Under the pieces are notes generated by a model. The model was not told the origin of the DNA. It saw nothing but the letters and a program-made list of their open reading frames with translations, and did no database searches. Positions 1 to 10,295 of a stretch of DNA of 64,000 bases are shown here, piece after piece. Where the stretch lies: assembly GCA_013239625.1 (NCBI GenBank), contig MU054117.1, positions 4,454,677-4,518,676 on the forward strand, written 5' to 3'. Positions within the stretch are counted from its first letter, which is position 1; each line of letters begins with the position of its first letter. The position numbers were made by a program, and so were the translations under genes. The DNA is from Lama guanicoe. Taxonomy: Eukaryota.

Positions 1-378
1 GCTTCCCGACCAGGTGTCCACCTCGGCTCTATCCTAGGTCCGCTTAGCTCAGTTTCAGCAAAAACCCCCTACCCTCAGTATCTGACCATACCCCTCACAA
101 CCCACCCTGGATCTGGTCTCTCCCTGGCCTGCCTTCAGCAAGAATCCTGTCGGGCTGGTTTAGCCAGAATCCCCCTTGTCCCTGGTGTTTCTTCTTAGTA
201 ATTTTCCATCCAATGACCCAACCCCGGCCCCTGGTTATAAACTCCTGTCTGTCCCTGACATATTCAGAGTGAAGCATCGCTTTCTTTTCCTGCAAAATCC
301 CCAAGGCAGTGGTCCCTCTTGAATAAAGTCTACCTCACCATCCTTAAAACAATTGTCATGAAAATTTTTATTGTAACA
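1..378 (+). mobile_element. ERV1-class LTR (MER31-like), 5' part outside window, in VWF intron 3
   Basis: Motif aagaatcctgtcgggctggtttagccagaatccccc, TATAAA at 236-241, AATAAA at 322-327, ends tgtaaca at 378. Family name from recalled consensus. Confidence 0.65.
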
Positions 379-1175
379 TTGTGAGTCTGTTGCCATCTCA
401 CTCCCAAGGCTGAGGACCACCCCCTCCCTTGGGAAGGTTCTGCAGCATCCCTAGCTCACACACCACACACATCTCGTTAATTCTTAGGCAGTGAAGGTCA
501 CCAAACCACAATGTTCCATCTCTGTCTCCAGCCCCGCTCCCAGCCTTGGAAGGTGCCCTCTCTCCTCAGTACAGAGGGAAGTTCCTTCCTCCTGATAAGC
601 CCAGGATCAAAATCCAGCTCTTCCCTTACAATCTGTCAGCCCTTGAGAGGATCATGCAGCCTCCTTGGGCTTCAGCTCTTCCTGGGTGAAGCAGGGTGCC
701 TTTACCTCTCCCAACATCTCAGAGCTGCCGCAGGGGTGCAGAGATAACAAGGGAATGGTGCCAGCACTTTGCCAGGAACACGGGAGGTGCTCAACGTCAC
801 CAAGACACTCTGAATTTCAGCAAATATGCCACCATCCTTCCCTTTTCTACAGGCTTTGTTTCTTACAAAGCATCTTCTGGGTCATCATTTCTCTTGAAGC
901 TTCGGAGCTCCCAGAGCGTTGCCCGGACCCAGAGCAATGGAGCACCACTGGAGAAGCGCGAAGACTCTCTCCATCCACCAGGCTGCCCCGGGGAGAGACC
1001 ATGGAGAAGCCGAGGGAACCTCTGTGTCGTGGAGAGGCCATTCCCCACCTTGCTCTCTGCTCAGGCACCGTCCTAAGGATAGGAGACCTCCCCCAACCTC
1101 TGCCGTCCCCACATGCCAAGGCTGAGCTACGCTGGCCCCTGCTCTGAATTCCCCGCCTCAGCGCCCAGGACTCAC

Positions 1176-1340
1176 CGATGAGCGAGAAGGAGTGTTTCTG
1201 GCAGTCTCCAGCCAGGAGGTAACTGCAGCTGCCCGCAAAGCTGTACATGCTCTCATCAAAGGTGCTGACAAAGTTGTCGCCGAAGAGGCTGCATCGGGCC
1301 ATGGACAGCCTGCCAGGAGTCCCTTCTCCACAAAGGGCCC
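1176..1340 (-). CDS. VWF: von Willebrand factor exon 3 (end of signal peptide, start of propeptide D1 VWD domain)
   Basis: 165 nt, acceptor ctccctccag, donor gtgagt, phase 1 to phase 1. Encodes [56 protein letters not shown], clearly VWF. Confidence 0.97.
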
Positions 1341-1442
1341 CTGGAGGGAGAGAAGCCATGAGTGAGCACAGCTAGGGCCACCAGCCCAGACCACTCCAGC
1401 CTGGCAGTGGGGAGGCTGCACCTGTTAGAAACCGGACTCTGA

Positions 1443-1575
1443 GGGGGAGAGGACCGCTCGGTGGTAGAGCCCCTGCCTAGCATGCACAAGGCCCTGGGTT
1501 CAATCCCCAGTGCCCCACTTAGATAAATAAACCTAATTACCTCCTCCCCTGAAAACAAAAGAAAAGAAAAGAAAA
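1443..1575 (+). mobile_element. tRNA-Ala-derived SINE (vic-1-like), long form
   Basis: A-box-like gctcggtggtagag, B box gggttcaatccc, tail acctaattacctcc plus A-rich run, degenerate TSD gaaaccggactctg / gaaaatcaggctctg. Confidence 0.85.
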
Positions 1576-1719
1576 TCAGGCTCTGGAGAAGTCCTTTCCA
1601 TCCCAAACAAGACTGAAGTGCTGCTTTCAGCCCCAGATACGACCCAGGACTCAGCAGTAACACAGGGGCTGTTTTTCAGGAAATCCATCCACTCTGATGA
1701 CATGTGTTCACCGACTTTA

Positions 1720-2120
1720 AATGCACTGCATGCTTAATATAGAAAATTTGGAGAATATGGAAGAAATAATAAAAAGAAGTTAAAACCATGTGTGACCAAC
1801 CTTCAGCAATAACCAGAGTTAACGTTTTACTGTTTCTCTTTTATTTCTATTTTGCAGCACATACGTAACTACAGATTTTCGGGGATAAATTTGTCCTTAT
1901 ACTGGGCAAACTATTTACAACCTGTTTATTTCTCAATATACTGTGAAAAATTCATCAGGCCGTACTTCCAAAACATGGTTTTCAGCGGCTGCGTTATATT
2001 TTATCTGGTATGGCTCCCTATGGGGAGGGTCTAGCATTTTTCAGGCTTCTGATGTGTAGATAGACTGTAATGAGCATCCTTGTACATTCATCTTGAAAAT
2101 ATTAAATCCTAAACGGATCA
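1720..2120 (-). mobile_element. Old L1 (L1ME-like) 3' fragment
   Basis: AT-rich block resembling reverse-strand L1ME 3' UTR (agaaaatttggagaatat...gtaatgagcatccttgtaca). Confidence 0.5.
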
Positions 2121-2519
2121 GCCTGTGCGCCTGACACACAGACTCTATGAAGTGTTAACCCCTGCAAGGTCATGGGCTAATTCCGAGGGGACCCTCCTGC
2201 CACCCTCACACCCTGCGTGCATGTGTGTGCTGGCAGGTGGGAAACCACAGCAGTCAATCTTTTTGTTTCCTGGATCTCCTACTGCAGGACCCACTAGCAG
2301 GAAGATGCAGAGTGGGTGAGGAACGTACATTTTGCCCTAGACTAATAGCGGCAGGCTGGGTGCTGTGGGCCTAGCTGTCTCAGTGGAGACTAGGCTCAGG
2401 CCAGGGTCAGACCAGGGCCCCTCTTGCCATTTACAGACTCGTTATCCCAGTGAGGGAAGGAAGGCAGAGTCATGCAGTGAAGGAGAGCTGGCCTGGGGCC
2501 CAGCAGAACTGACCTCCGA

Positions 2520-2650
2520 TCTTGGTTCTGCGTGACTTTGGAGCAGTCATTTTTCCTCTCTGACCCTCAGTCTCTTCATCTGTACTGTGAGAAGTCTGAA
2601 CAACTGTACAACTAGATGACTTCCAATCCCTTCTAAAACTAATAACCTAC
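2520..2650 (+). mobile_element. MIR SINE fragment
   Basis: MIR core gtgactttggagcagtcattt..cctctctgaccctcagtctcttcatctgta. Confidence 0.65.
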
Positions 2651-2957
2651 CCAAGTCTTGGATTCCTTCTTCCCCTTTCTCCATCCCCATTATAAAAGAG
2701 GTTTCTCTGTGGCCCTTGGGCTTCTTAATTCCCTACTTGGAGAGGACATTTTCAGGCACCGGCTCCTTGAGGAGATCCTGCAGAGCCTTCACAAGGAGAA
2801 TTAGCCAGGCAACCAGTGACTCTGGCAGCCCCAACACCAGCCCAGCATGGGGCTGGGCACACAGGTGAGCTCCAGACACACCTGCTGATCCCTGGAAGGG
2901 GGCTGTTCCCAGTGGCCCTGGGGCAGGAGTGGAGAATGACAGCGCTTTGGTACCTAC

Positions 2958-3012
2958 CTGGCAACGTGAAGGCCAGAGCAAGCAGCACCCTCCCAAGCCA
3001 GGCAGGAATCAT
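2958..3012 (-). CDS. VWF: von Willebrand factor exon 2 (start codon, signal peptide)
   Basis: 55 nt with ATG immediately after the acceptor (ccacag|ATG), donor gtaggt. Encodes MIPAWLGRVLLALAFTLP(G), matching the VWF signal peptide. Confidence 0.96.
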
Positions 3013-4184
3013 CTGTGGAGGAGCAGGAGACACGAGCCCGCTTTAGTAGCTGCTGGTATGCACTACCAGCAGTGCATCAAGTGGGGAGAATTCGTTTTAA
3101 GCAAAAGAAAAGATTGACCTCCACTTGCCCTTTAAATATAGATTGCTGGCCCTCGAAAAAGGCTCTGGCTGGGGCCAGGCCCAAGAGTAACGCTCACTAT
3201 GAGCCAGGAGCTCAGGCACCCTTCCTCAGACTGCAGTCCCAGAGGCACCCAGAGAAGGAGAGCCCTGCTCGCCTTCTCTTCCACGCGCCCCCAGGCCAGC
3301 CCGACCTCCGTCCTGTCCCTGAGCCCCCGCAGCAGCTCAGAGCTGGCGGGCAGCTAATTCCTTCCTCTTCATCCCCCCACGTTTGCCAGGTCTTCCGCTT
3401 TTGCTCCTACCACTGGCACCAGGCTTCAAGAACACTCAGGAACCACGTCTGCGGGTCGGTCACCCACAGTGTACATGAACACCTCTCTCATCTGCATCCC
3501 CGCATACAGCACTGTGTCCAGCACCCAGGAGGTGTTCAGGCAACATTTCTTGCATTGATCTCATCAATGGACAGGAGTCCAGCGGCCCTGGGCCCTGGGC
3601 ATGTTTCCTTGCTGTGTAGCCCCCCAGGAAGGGACACTGGATCCTGGCTGGCAGAGCACCCCTCCCCCCAAGTCCCTTAGGGCCCCTGCCACAGCCTTCT
3701 GCTCTGGAAAAGCTGCTAAATTAAGTGCAGAGTCTGTCACCTGAGAGTCCCTGGGTGGGGGGACTCCCTTCCTACCCAATTCCCCCATCCAGCCACGGGA
3801 GAGGTAGCCCCATCCATTATCTGTCTGTGGAAGGAACAGTCTGATGTCTCATATGGCCAAGTCTTGGTCTCAAAGCAGGTGCCCCTCTCCTGCAACCCCC
3901 AACGCAGGGACATCAGGCTGCTCCTAGAAGGTACCCAGAGGTGAGGGCAAACTCACTCCTGTCCCACCTGGTCAAGTGCTACAAGCAGGAAAGCCCAGGG
4001 ATGAACAGAAGCAACCACAGGACGATCAGAGGCAAGCGGAGGTGGTGGTGTTAGGACGCTCCCCGGCTGCGAATCCCCCTCCAAAGTCCTTCCAGTCCAG
4101 GAGGAGAGCCCCAGCTCCCCCAGGGCAGGGGCCAGTCCCGCACCTTCCTCCCACAAGGAGCCAACCCTTCTCCCAGGACCGTAC

Positions 4185-4410
4185 CTTCCCCTGCAAATGG
4201 GGGCTGCGGGTGTCTCCAAGGTCTCTTGGGAAATTCGGCCTCCGTGCACGGTGGGGCTGCCAGCCCTAGGCCATGCTCCCAGTAACTGGGACTGGACTGT
4301 TCTGCTGGAGAGTGACCCCGGGGCTGTGGGCTCCCTGTGGCTGGGGGGAGATAAGCCCAAGTTGTGACGTTCATCAACCACCCTACTTCCCACCACAACA
4401 CCCTTGAGCT
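4185..4410 (-). other. VWF: VWF exon 1 (non-coding 5' UTR); 5' end approximate
   Basis: Ends catttgcaggggaag|gtac as in the recalled human VWF exon 1. Contains the recognisable blocks agctca..ttgtggtgggaa, gtcacaacttgggcttatctccccc and gagcatggcctaggg. Confidence 0.85.
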
Positions 4411-4490
4411 GCCTCTTAATTACCAGGAGGAAACAATGCGCGGAAGTGGTATTAGAAACACCTCGCAGGCGATAAGGCTTTGAACAGGCT
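4411..4490 (-). promoter_or_regulatory. VWF: VWF core promoter
   Basis: TATA-like TAATTAA at 4416-4422, ETS cores aggaaac (4428-4434) and cggaagtg (4441-4448), GATA site gataag (4471-4476). Collinear with the recalled human promoter. Confidence 0.8.
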
Positions 4491-4948
4491 GGTGGGAGAC
4501 CTCCCAGCAGCTGCGTATGAGCTGCCTTGCCCTCCCCGAGCCCCCACTCCAGTCCCCGGTCCTCCCCACGCAGAGTGCCCCACCCGGCTGGGAGGACCAG
4601 GAGCGCAGGCTGTCCGGCCCGGCTGGTCCAGGCCAGGCAGAAACGCAGGCCAGAGCAACAGAGCTTCCGGAAACGGTGTCCAGAGCCAGACTCCAGGGAA
4701 GTTTGGAAAAACATCCCAACCTGAGCCAGTTTCGCAGCCGTATTTAGAGGAAGGAGAGAACTTCCGCTTCCTGTCCACGCTAGGTGTGAACAGCCAGCGT
4801 GGGGCCCCCAGAGTGGAGGGAGGGGGGAAAGACGAGGGCCTGTCACAAGTCCAGGCCTTGGTCAAGTGACGGCAGCGATGGTTAGATTCAGGTACTCTGC
4901 CGGAGCTCTTCCACCTGCTTGTGGTGCCGATTCTTTCCGCGACCTTAA

Positions 4949-4990
4949 ACACACACCACACACACCACATACAACATACACCACACACAC
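4949..4990. repeat. Interrupted (CA/GT)n tract upstream of VWF
   Basis: acacacaccacacacaccacatacaacatacaccacacacac read directly. Confidence 0.8.
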
Positions 4991-5719
4991 CCAGGATCTC
5001 CAAGGGTCGAGGAGGAAGAGGGACCCAAACGAGCAGGAAGCATCTCAGCCCTGCAAGGTGAGGGTCAGGGTACCCCCCAGGCTAGAGGCCGAGCCTGGCA
5101 AGAACAGGAAATGAGGCTTTCGGTCTGGCCCAGGCAGAGAGCTGGAACGAGACACCTGCATGTGGCTGAAACCCTGAAAGGGAACCACCTTCCAGAGCGT
5201 AGACAGGAAAAAAATTCAGCCACTAGCATAGAAGTCAGGGAACTTGCCTGTCTCCATCTGCCTTAGTTGGTGGTGGGAAGATTAAGCCTTCCACTAGAAT
5301 TTGTAGCCACGGGCTGGCACTCATGCCAATTTCAGGTTCAAACTGACATGATCATGGGGTCCAGGAACCCCCAGGCTGAGAAGCTGACACAGATGTTAGT
5401 TCTAGGGTAGGTCCTGGAGATCCTGGCAGAAACAAGCACAAATGTACCTAGAAAGGTAAACCTTCTCAGGTCACTTAAGATACCCACAGATAAAGCTCTC
5501 TAGAGAATGAATTTGAAAGCACAAACTTTCAAACACTCGGGAACCAGCAGTCACAATTAAATCAGGATAAGATCCCGCAGAACTTCAAGTACTAGTAGGA
5601 TCAGATAGAGAGAGGAAAAAAATAAGAATGTTTAAAATCTTGCCAAAGGGCAAGAATTGAAAACATAAAAGAATAAGACATGATGAGAAAAGGAGAGGAA
5701 GATCTGAAAAAGAACTTTT

Positions 5720-5880
5720 ATAAACAACAAGGTCCTGCTGTATAGCACAGGGAACTACATTCAGTATCTTGTAATAACCTATGATGAAAAAGAATATATG
5801 TATGTATAACTGAATCACTATTTGTATAGCAGAAACCAACACAACATTGTAAGTCAATTAAACTTCAATTTAAAAAGAAA
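5720..5880 (+). mobile_element. 5'-truncated cetartiodactyl-type L1 3' end
   Basis: aacaacaaggtcctgctgtatagcacagggaactacattcagtatcttgtaataacc...aacacaacattgtaagtcaatt, then A-rich tail. Confidence 0.85.
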
Positions 5881-6077
5881 GAGAACTGTTAGAAATGAAA
5901 ATATATAGTAAATTAATTGAAAAATTCAAATGCAAACACCGGATATTTTGGAACAAAAATTGTCTGGAAGATAGAGCTAAGGAAATTCTTCAAAGAGATA
6001 GGAAGGAAAAAAATGATAGAAGATCCAAAAAGAAATACTAAGAAAATGTCCTTCAATGTAGATTTCTCCACGCAGTG

Positions 6078-6500
6078 CCTTAGCTTGAAAGCCCTTCCAA
6101 AAGGGGCCTTGAGAATTTCAGTGCAGATAATTTATTTGCGAGAACAGGAAACACTGGCAGGCAAGTGGGGACATCATATGGGAAAGGAAATCAGCCAATA
6201 AAAGATGCTTATTACGCGAGCCACTGCGTGGGCCACTGAGCTTCATCCCCAGAGGAAAGTCTAGGAGAAAGGGTAGGATACATGCCTCAGAATTACCCCA
6301 CTCTTGGGTCAAGAGAGCGGGGGTATTTCTACAATACCCTACACCGGTCACTGATTGTCAAGGACTGCTTCTGGGTGCATTAACTCCTCAATACTCTGGC
6401 CCTCGGGCACAGAGGTGCAGATCCTGGCAGTCTAGAGGGAGCAGAGGAAGAGTTAAGATCAGGGAGATGTGAGAGAGGGAAGGTAGCTTCTGCTCTACCA
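6078..6500 (-). mobile_element. Old MaLR LTR (MLT1-type); possible internal remnant at about 6700-7150
   Basis: Resembles reverse MLT1 LTR (gtgcagataatttattt..aggaaacac..cagccaataaaag..gagcttcatcccc). Confidence 0.45.
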
Positions 6501-7515
6501 GTGAAATTATCATTCAGATTTGGGGAAAGTAATGTGTTTATTATTAACAGTTGTTTGGCATTTCATAGAACGACGTCCCACCATTTACTTATTCATACTG
6601 TTGAAGTATATTTAGTTGTTCATGTGCTTGTGAACTGCACTTGCTGCTGCAGGAAACATTCTGTGCAAGTTGCTTTGTGCACACAGCTGAAAGTTTGTCC
6701 AGGGGATACGCCCAGGAGTGCATGTCCTAGGCTTTGGGAAGAGAATCTTTAAATCTAATAGCTATCACCACATTTTTCTCCAAAGTGATATACCGTTTGT
6801 CCTGGTGACAGCAAATAGTTCCAGCAGCCCCGGCTGCCAGCACATACAGCCAGCACCTCAGCCAAAGGGAAGGCGTCCTCCGCCACCTCCTCTCCCCCGG
6901 GGACACCCATGGGAGAAGCAGTACGCTCACTTCCTGCCTTCACAAACACCATCCGCATAATGAAATGCCTACGGTTCAACATCAAAAGACTGCACGACTT
7001 CAGGCTAATCTTCTCATGGTCTCAGCAACAATGACATCACATCATTGTTGCCACAGAGTCAAGGAGGTCTCAAATCACTACATCTCCTGGAGTTGCTGGT
7101 CCTTCCTCGGTCCTGCCTTATAATAGCACAGTAGAATTCCTGAACCCCGAACCACTATCCCAGGACGTGGGCTTCTCATTTTATAGACAGAAAATTACAA
7201 AGATTCTAAAATTGTATGCATCTTATATAGGATAGCTTCAAAATACATAAAGTGATAAATTGACTTTACAGTCTTTCTCAATTATCTGTAAGTCAAGCAG
7301 ACAAAATCAGCAAAAAAAAAAAAGTTTTTTTAAAACAATTGTTAAACTCAGTAATTGTATTCTTGGGCATTTATGCCAGAGAAATAGAAATGTAGGCTCC
7401 CACAGAATTCTACGCATGAATGTCCACAGCAGCTTTATTTGTATTAGTCAAAAGCTGGGAACAACCCAGATGTCCTTCTTTGGGTTAATAGCTAAACAAA
7501 CTGGTTCACCTATAC

Positions 7516-8010
7516 ATGAATGAAAAATATTACAAGTCGTATCAGTAAACGAAGAATGTTGTGGCCATCAAGCCATCAGCCGCTACCACCACACCAGCAG
7601 TGAGCAGACGTTAACTCAGGATGCAGACAAGCGGGCAGCCCGGCCTCTGCAGCCGCCCCCAGTGGTGCCCCCTCCCAGGAGACCCAGGATGTGGGAGAAG
7701 AGGGCCCTGGCCCTAGACAGCTAAGGGATGATTTCAGTGAGCCCAGACCTTTGTGCCTTCCCATACCCAGAAAAGGGCTAAACTTTTTAACTTGAGATAT
7801 CTGGTTTTCTTTAATTAACAGTAATCTTTTGATGTTTCGACTACCTGGTCTTTGTTGCAAAAACTCCTATTTCCTGGCTTCTACCTTGTCACTTTGTAAC
7901 AGCTGCTTGGAGCGAGCAGAAAGTCTGTCATCTGGGGCTTAAGTCCTCAGAAATGTCCATCAATAAAACATAACTCTCAACTTTTAGGTTGTGTGTTTTA
8001 TTTCAGTCGA
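7516..8010 (+). mobile_element. Solo ERV1-class LTR nested in the L1
   Basis: About 0.5 kb insert that splits the L1. AATAAA at 7962-7967 followed by a U5-like end ctcaacttttaggttgtgtgttttatttcagtcgac. Confidence 0.7.
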
Positions 8011-8336
8011 CCCATACCTGAAATACTACACAGCAACAAAAAGAGACAAACATGTGTGGATCTCCCAGGAAAGACCTGAGTGGAAAAAAAACAACAACAA
8101 AAGGTTACAAACTGTTGATTCCACTTATAGAACACTCTTGAAATGATAAACGTTTAGAAACGGAGAACAGATGAGTGGTTGCCAAGGGTTAGGGATAGGA
8201 GAGAGGGGAGGGAGGGGAACTAGAGAGGTGCTTGTCGTGGTAAAAGGGTAACAGGAGGCGTCTTTGTTGTGATGGCCGTAACCTGACGTGGTGGTGCAGG
8301 CACCAACCTACACATGTGCTAAAACTGTACAGAACT

Positions 8337-8362
8337 ACACACACACACACACACACACACAC
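8337..8362. repeat. (AC)13 microsatellite
   Basis: Perfect dinucleotide run. Confidence 0.95.
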
Positions 8363-8650
8363 GAGTACAGGTAAAACTGATGACACCTGAAGAAAACTGC
8401 ATCGACGTCAATTTCTGGTGGTGATGTTCCAGGATACTTTTGCAAGATGTTACCATTACAGGAAACTTTAAAGGATACAATGAATTTCTCTGTTATTTCC
8501 TACAATTGCCTAAGAATCTATAATTTTCTCAAAATAAAAATTTTAACTAAAAATTGCTTATTTTAAATAAATAAACTTGATCCAATGTATCTGTTTAGAA
8601 CTCTGCACCCAATAATGAGAAAGCCCGTACCATTCTCAGGTATACACAGG

Positions 8651-8749
8651 AACCAAATCAGCACAGGACTTTCCTGATTTTAGCACTGAAAGTCTTTTAT
8701 CTCAGGAAACCCTTCAGCCCCAAACAACTTCAGACGGTTAATCACTCTA
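8651..8749 (-). mobile_element. MER81-like hAT DNA transposon remnant
   Basis: ggactttcctgattttagcactgaaagtc..ggaaacccttcagcccc..gacggttaatcactcta matches the recalled MER81 reverse complement. Sits inside an L1 ORF2 remnant (about 8570-9010). Confidence 0.65.
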
Positions 8750-9845
8750 ACAGTTACAAAAATTGATTATGCAAGATTCTCAGCACACTTCAAAGAATAG
8801 GTAAACTATGCATCGTATTCTCTGACTACCATACAATTAAATTAAAAGTCAACTTAAAAGACTTTTTGATCCTTATATACTTGGACATTTTAAAACACAC
8901 GTCCAGATAACTCATAGGTCAACAAATAAATCAACAATTTTTAAATACTTCAAACCAAACAATATAAAGATACTCCATATTAAACACATTCAAAGCACAT
9001 GAAGATGCAATGAAACACGTTCTTTCCTGCTCAGTTCCTAAAGCTGGTGGGCCTGTAAAAAAGGCAGCTTTCTGTGCTAAAAACAGCAGCTTGACTACAC
9101 TTGATGTGCCTGATTGCGCTGAAAAGTTCTTACTCCTGACACAGCAAAGTCCATTTCTAGGAATTAACTTCAGGAAATCGCCTACAAAGAGGACAAAGAT
9201 CTGCACCCCGATAGTCACTGCAGCATTGTTTCTTAGAGGTCCCAGGGCAGGGGATTAGTCCAGTCACCTTTGGCACACACATGGGCGGATTATCACAGAG
9301 CTGGGAGAAACAACGTTGAAGAACAGTTGCAAACGATGTGGTGAAGTACTTGCGGTTTAATCTTAAGTGAAAGGAGATGCGAATATGCAGCATAAACAGT
9401 GAATCGAAACTATGTGCAACAGTTGTGGAAGAAACACTGGGAAGAAACATGCTAGCGTAACTGCACTGTCATCTCCAGATGGCAGGAGGTTGTCACTTTC
9501 TTAAACTTCTCTGTATAGTTTCTGCTTTTTCTCTTTTTTTTGCAATGTGCTTATAATAGTACTTAACGTCTTTAAAGGGGAGTTTACTTTTTTGGTGTTA
9601 GGTAAAGGGGGAGAGGGGAGAATGAAACCCAGAAGGCTGCTGAGAATTCAGCTGACAGGGCGAAGCTGCAGATGCGAGGAGGAAGAGGAGAGGGCTGTGA
9701 ATTTTAAGAGAAAGGGTTAGGCTCTTTCTTGGCCCAGAGTCTTGCTTCCCTGGGGGTTAAAAAAAAGGAAATAAAAATGCTAAAAGAGCACAGTGAAGAA
9801 CAACTTGATTTATACTTTAATACCTCTCTAAAATGAACCAAATTT

Positions 9846-10295
9846 AGCAATGCTTCTATTTATAATAGCCCCAAACTGGAAAGTACACACGTGTTCCTCC
9901 ACAGCAGGACAGACAGATACATAGTGGCAGGTTCAGATACAATACACGGGAGCATCTACGCCCACAGACCACAGTGTGGACAAACCTGTCAAATAGTGTT
10001 GCATGAAGGATTCAGGAAAGTACTTGGTGGATATTCTATTCACAAAGAATATGAAAATTGGCAGAACTAATCTATGTTGTTAGAAACCAGGAGACTGTTC
10101 CCTTGGGGGAGGGGAGGGTGACTAGGAGGGAGCACGAGAGGAGGTTCTGGGAGGCTGGTCCTGTTCTCCTTCTTAACCTAGGTGCTGGTGATGAGAGGGG
10201 TGTTTAGTCTGTGAGCAAGTATTGAACTGGGTACTTACAATCTGTGTACTTGCTCTGTGAGTATTATATATCAATATAAAGTTTTCAAAATGAAA
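9846..10295 (+). mobile_element. L1ME-like 3' end
   Basis: tttataatagccccaaactggaa..ggcagaactaatctatgttgttagaaaccaggag..gtattatatatcaatataaag. Confidence 0.7.

Larger units (their letters stand above)
7340..8560 (+). mobile_element. Old L1 (L1MC/L1MD-like) ORF2 end and 3' UTR, interrupted by an LTR
   Basis: cttgggcatttatgccagagaaat..cacagcagctttatttgta..ctgggaacaacccagatgtcc resumes after 8010 with gaaatactacacagcaacaaaaag..gagaacagatgagtggttgccaaggg..tctcaaaataaaaa. Confidence 0.75.

Noticed and set aside
1250..1265. VWD motif TFDG appears as TFDE in VWF D1
   Set aside because: As recalled, other non-primate VWF sequences such as dog also have TFDE, so this is unlikely to be special.
3015..3680. 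221-aa plus-strand ORF in VWF intron 1
   Set aside because: Non-ATG start, low-complexity Pro/His/Ser composition, and no recognisable homology or exon structure.
3953..4846. 297-aa minus-strand ORF over the VWF promoter and exon 1
   Set aside because: Non-ATG start, crosses promoter, UTR and intron, and has no recognisable domain. A chance GC-rich frame.
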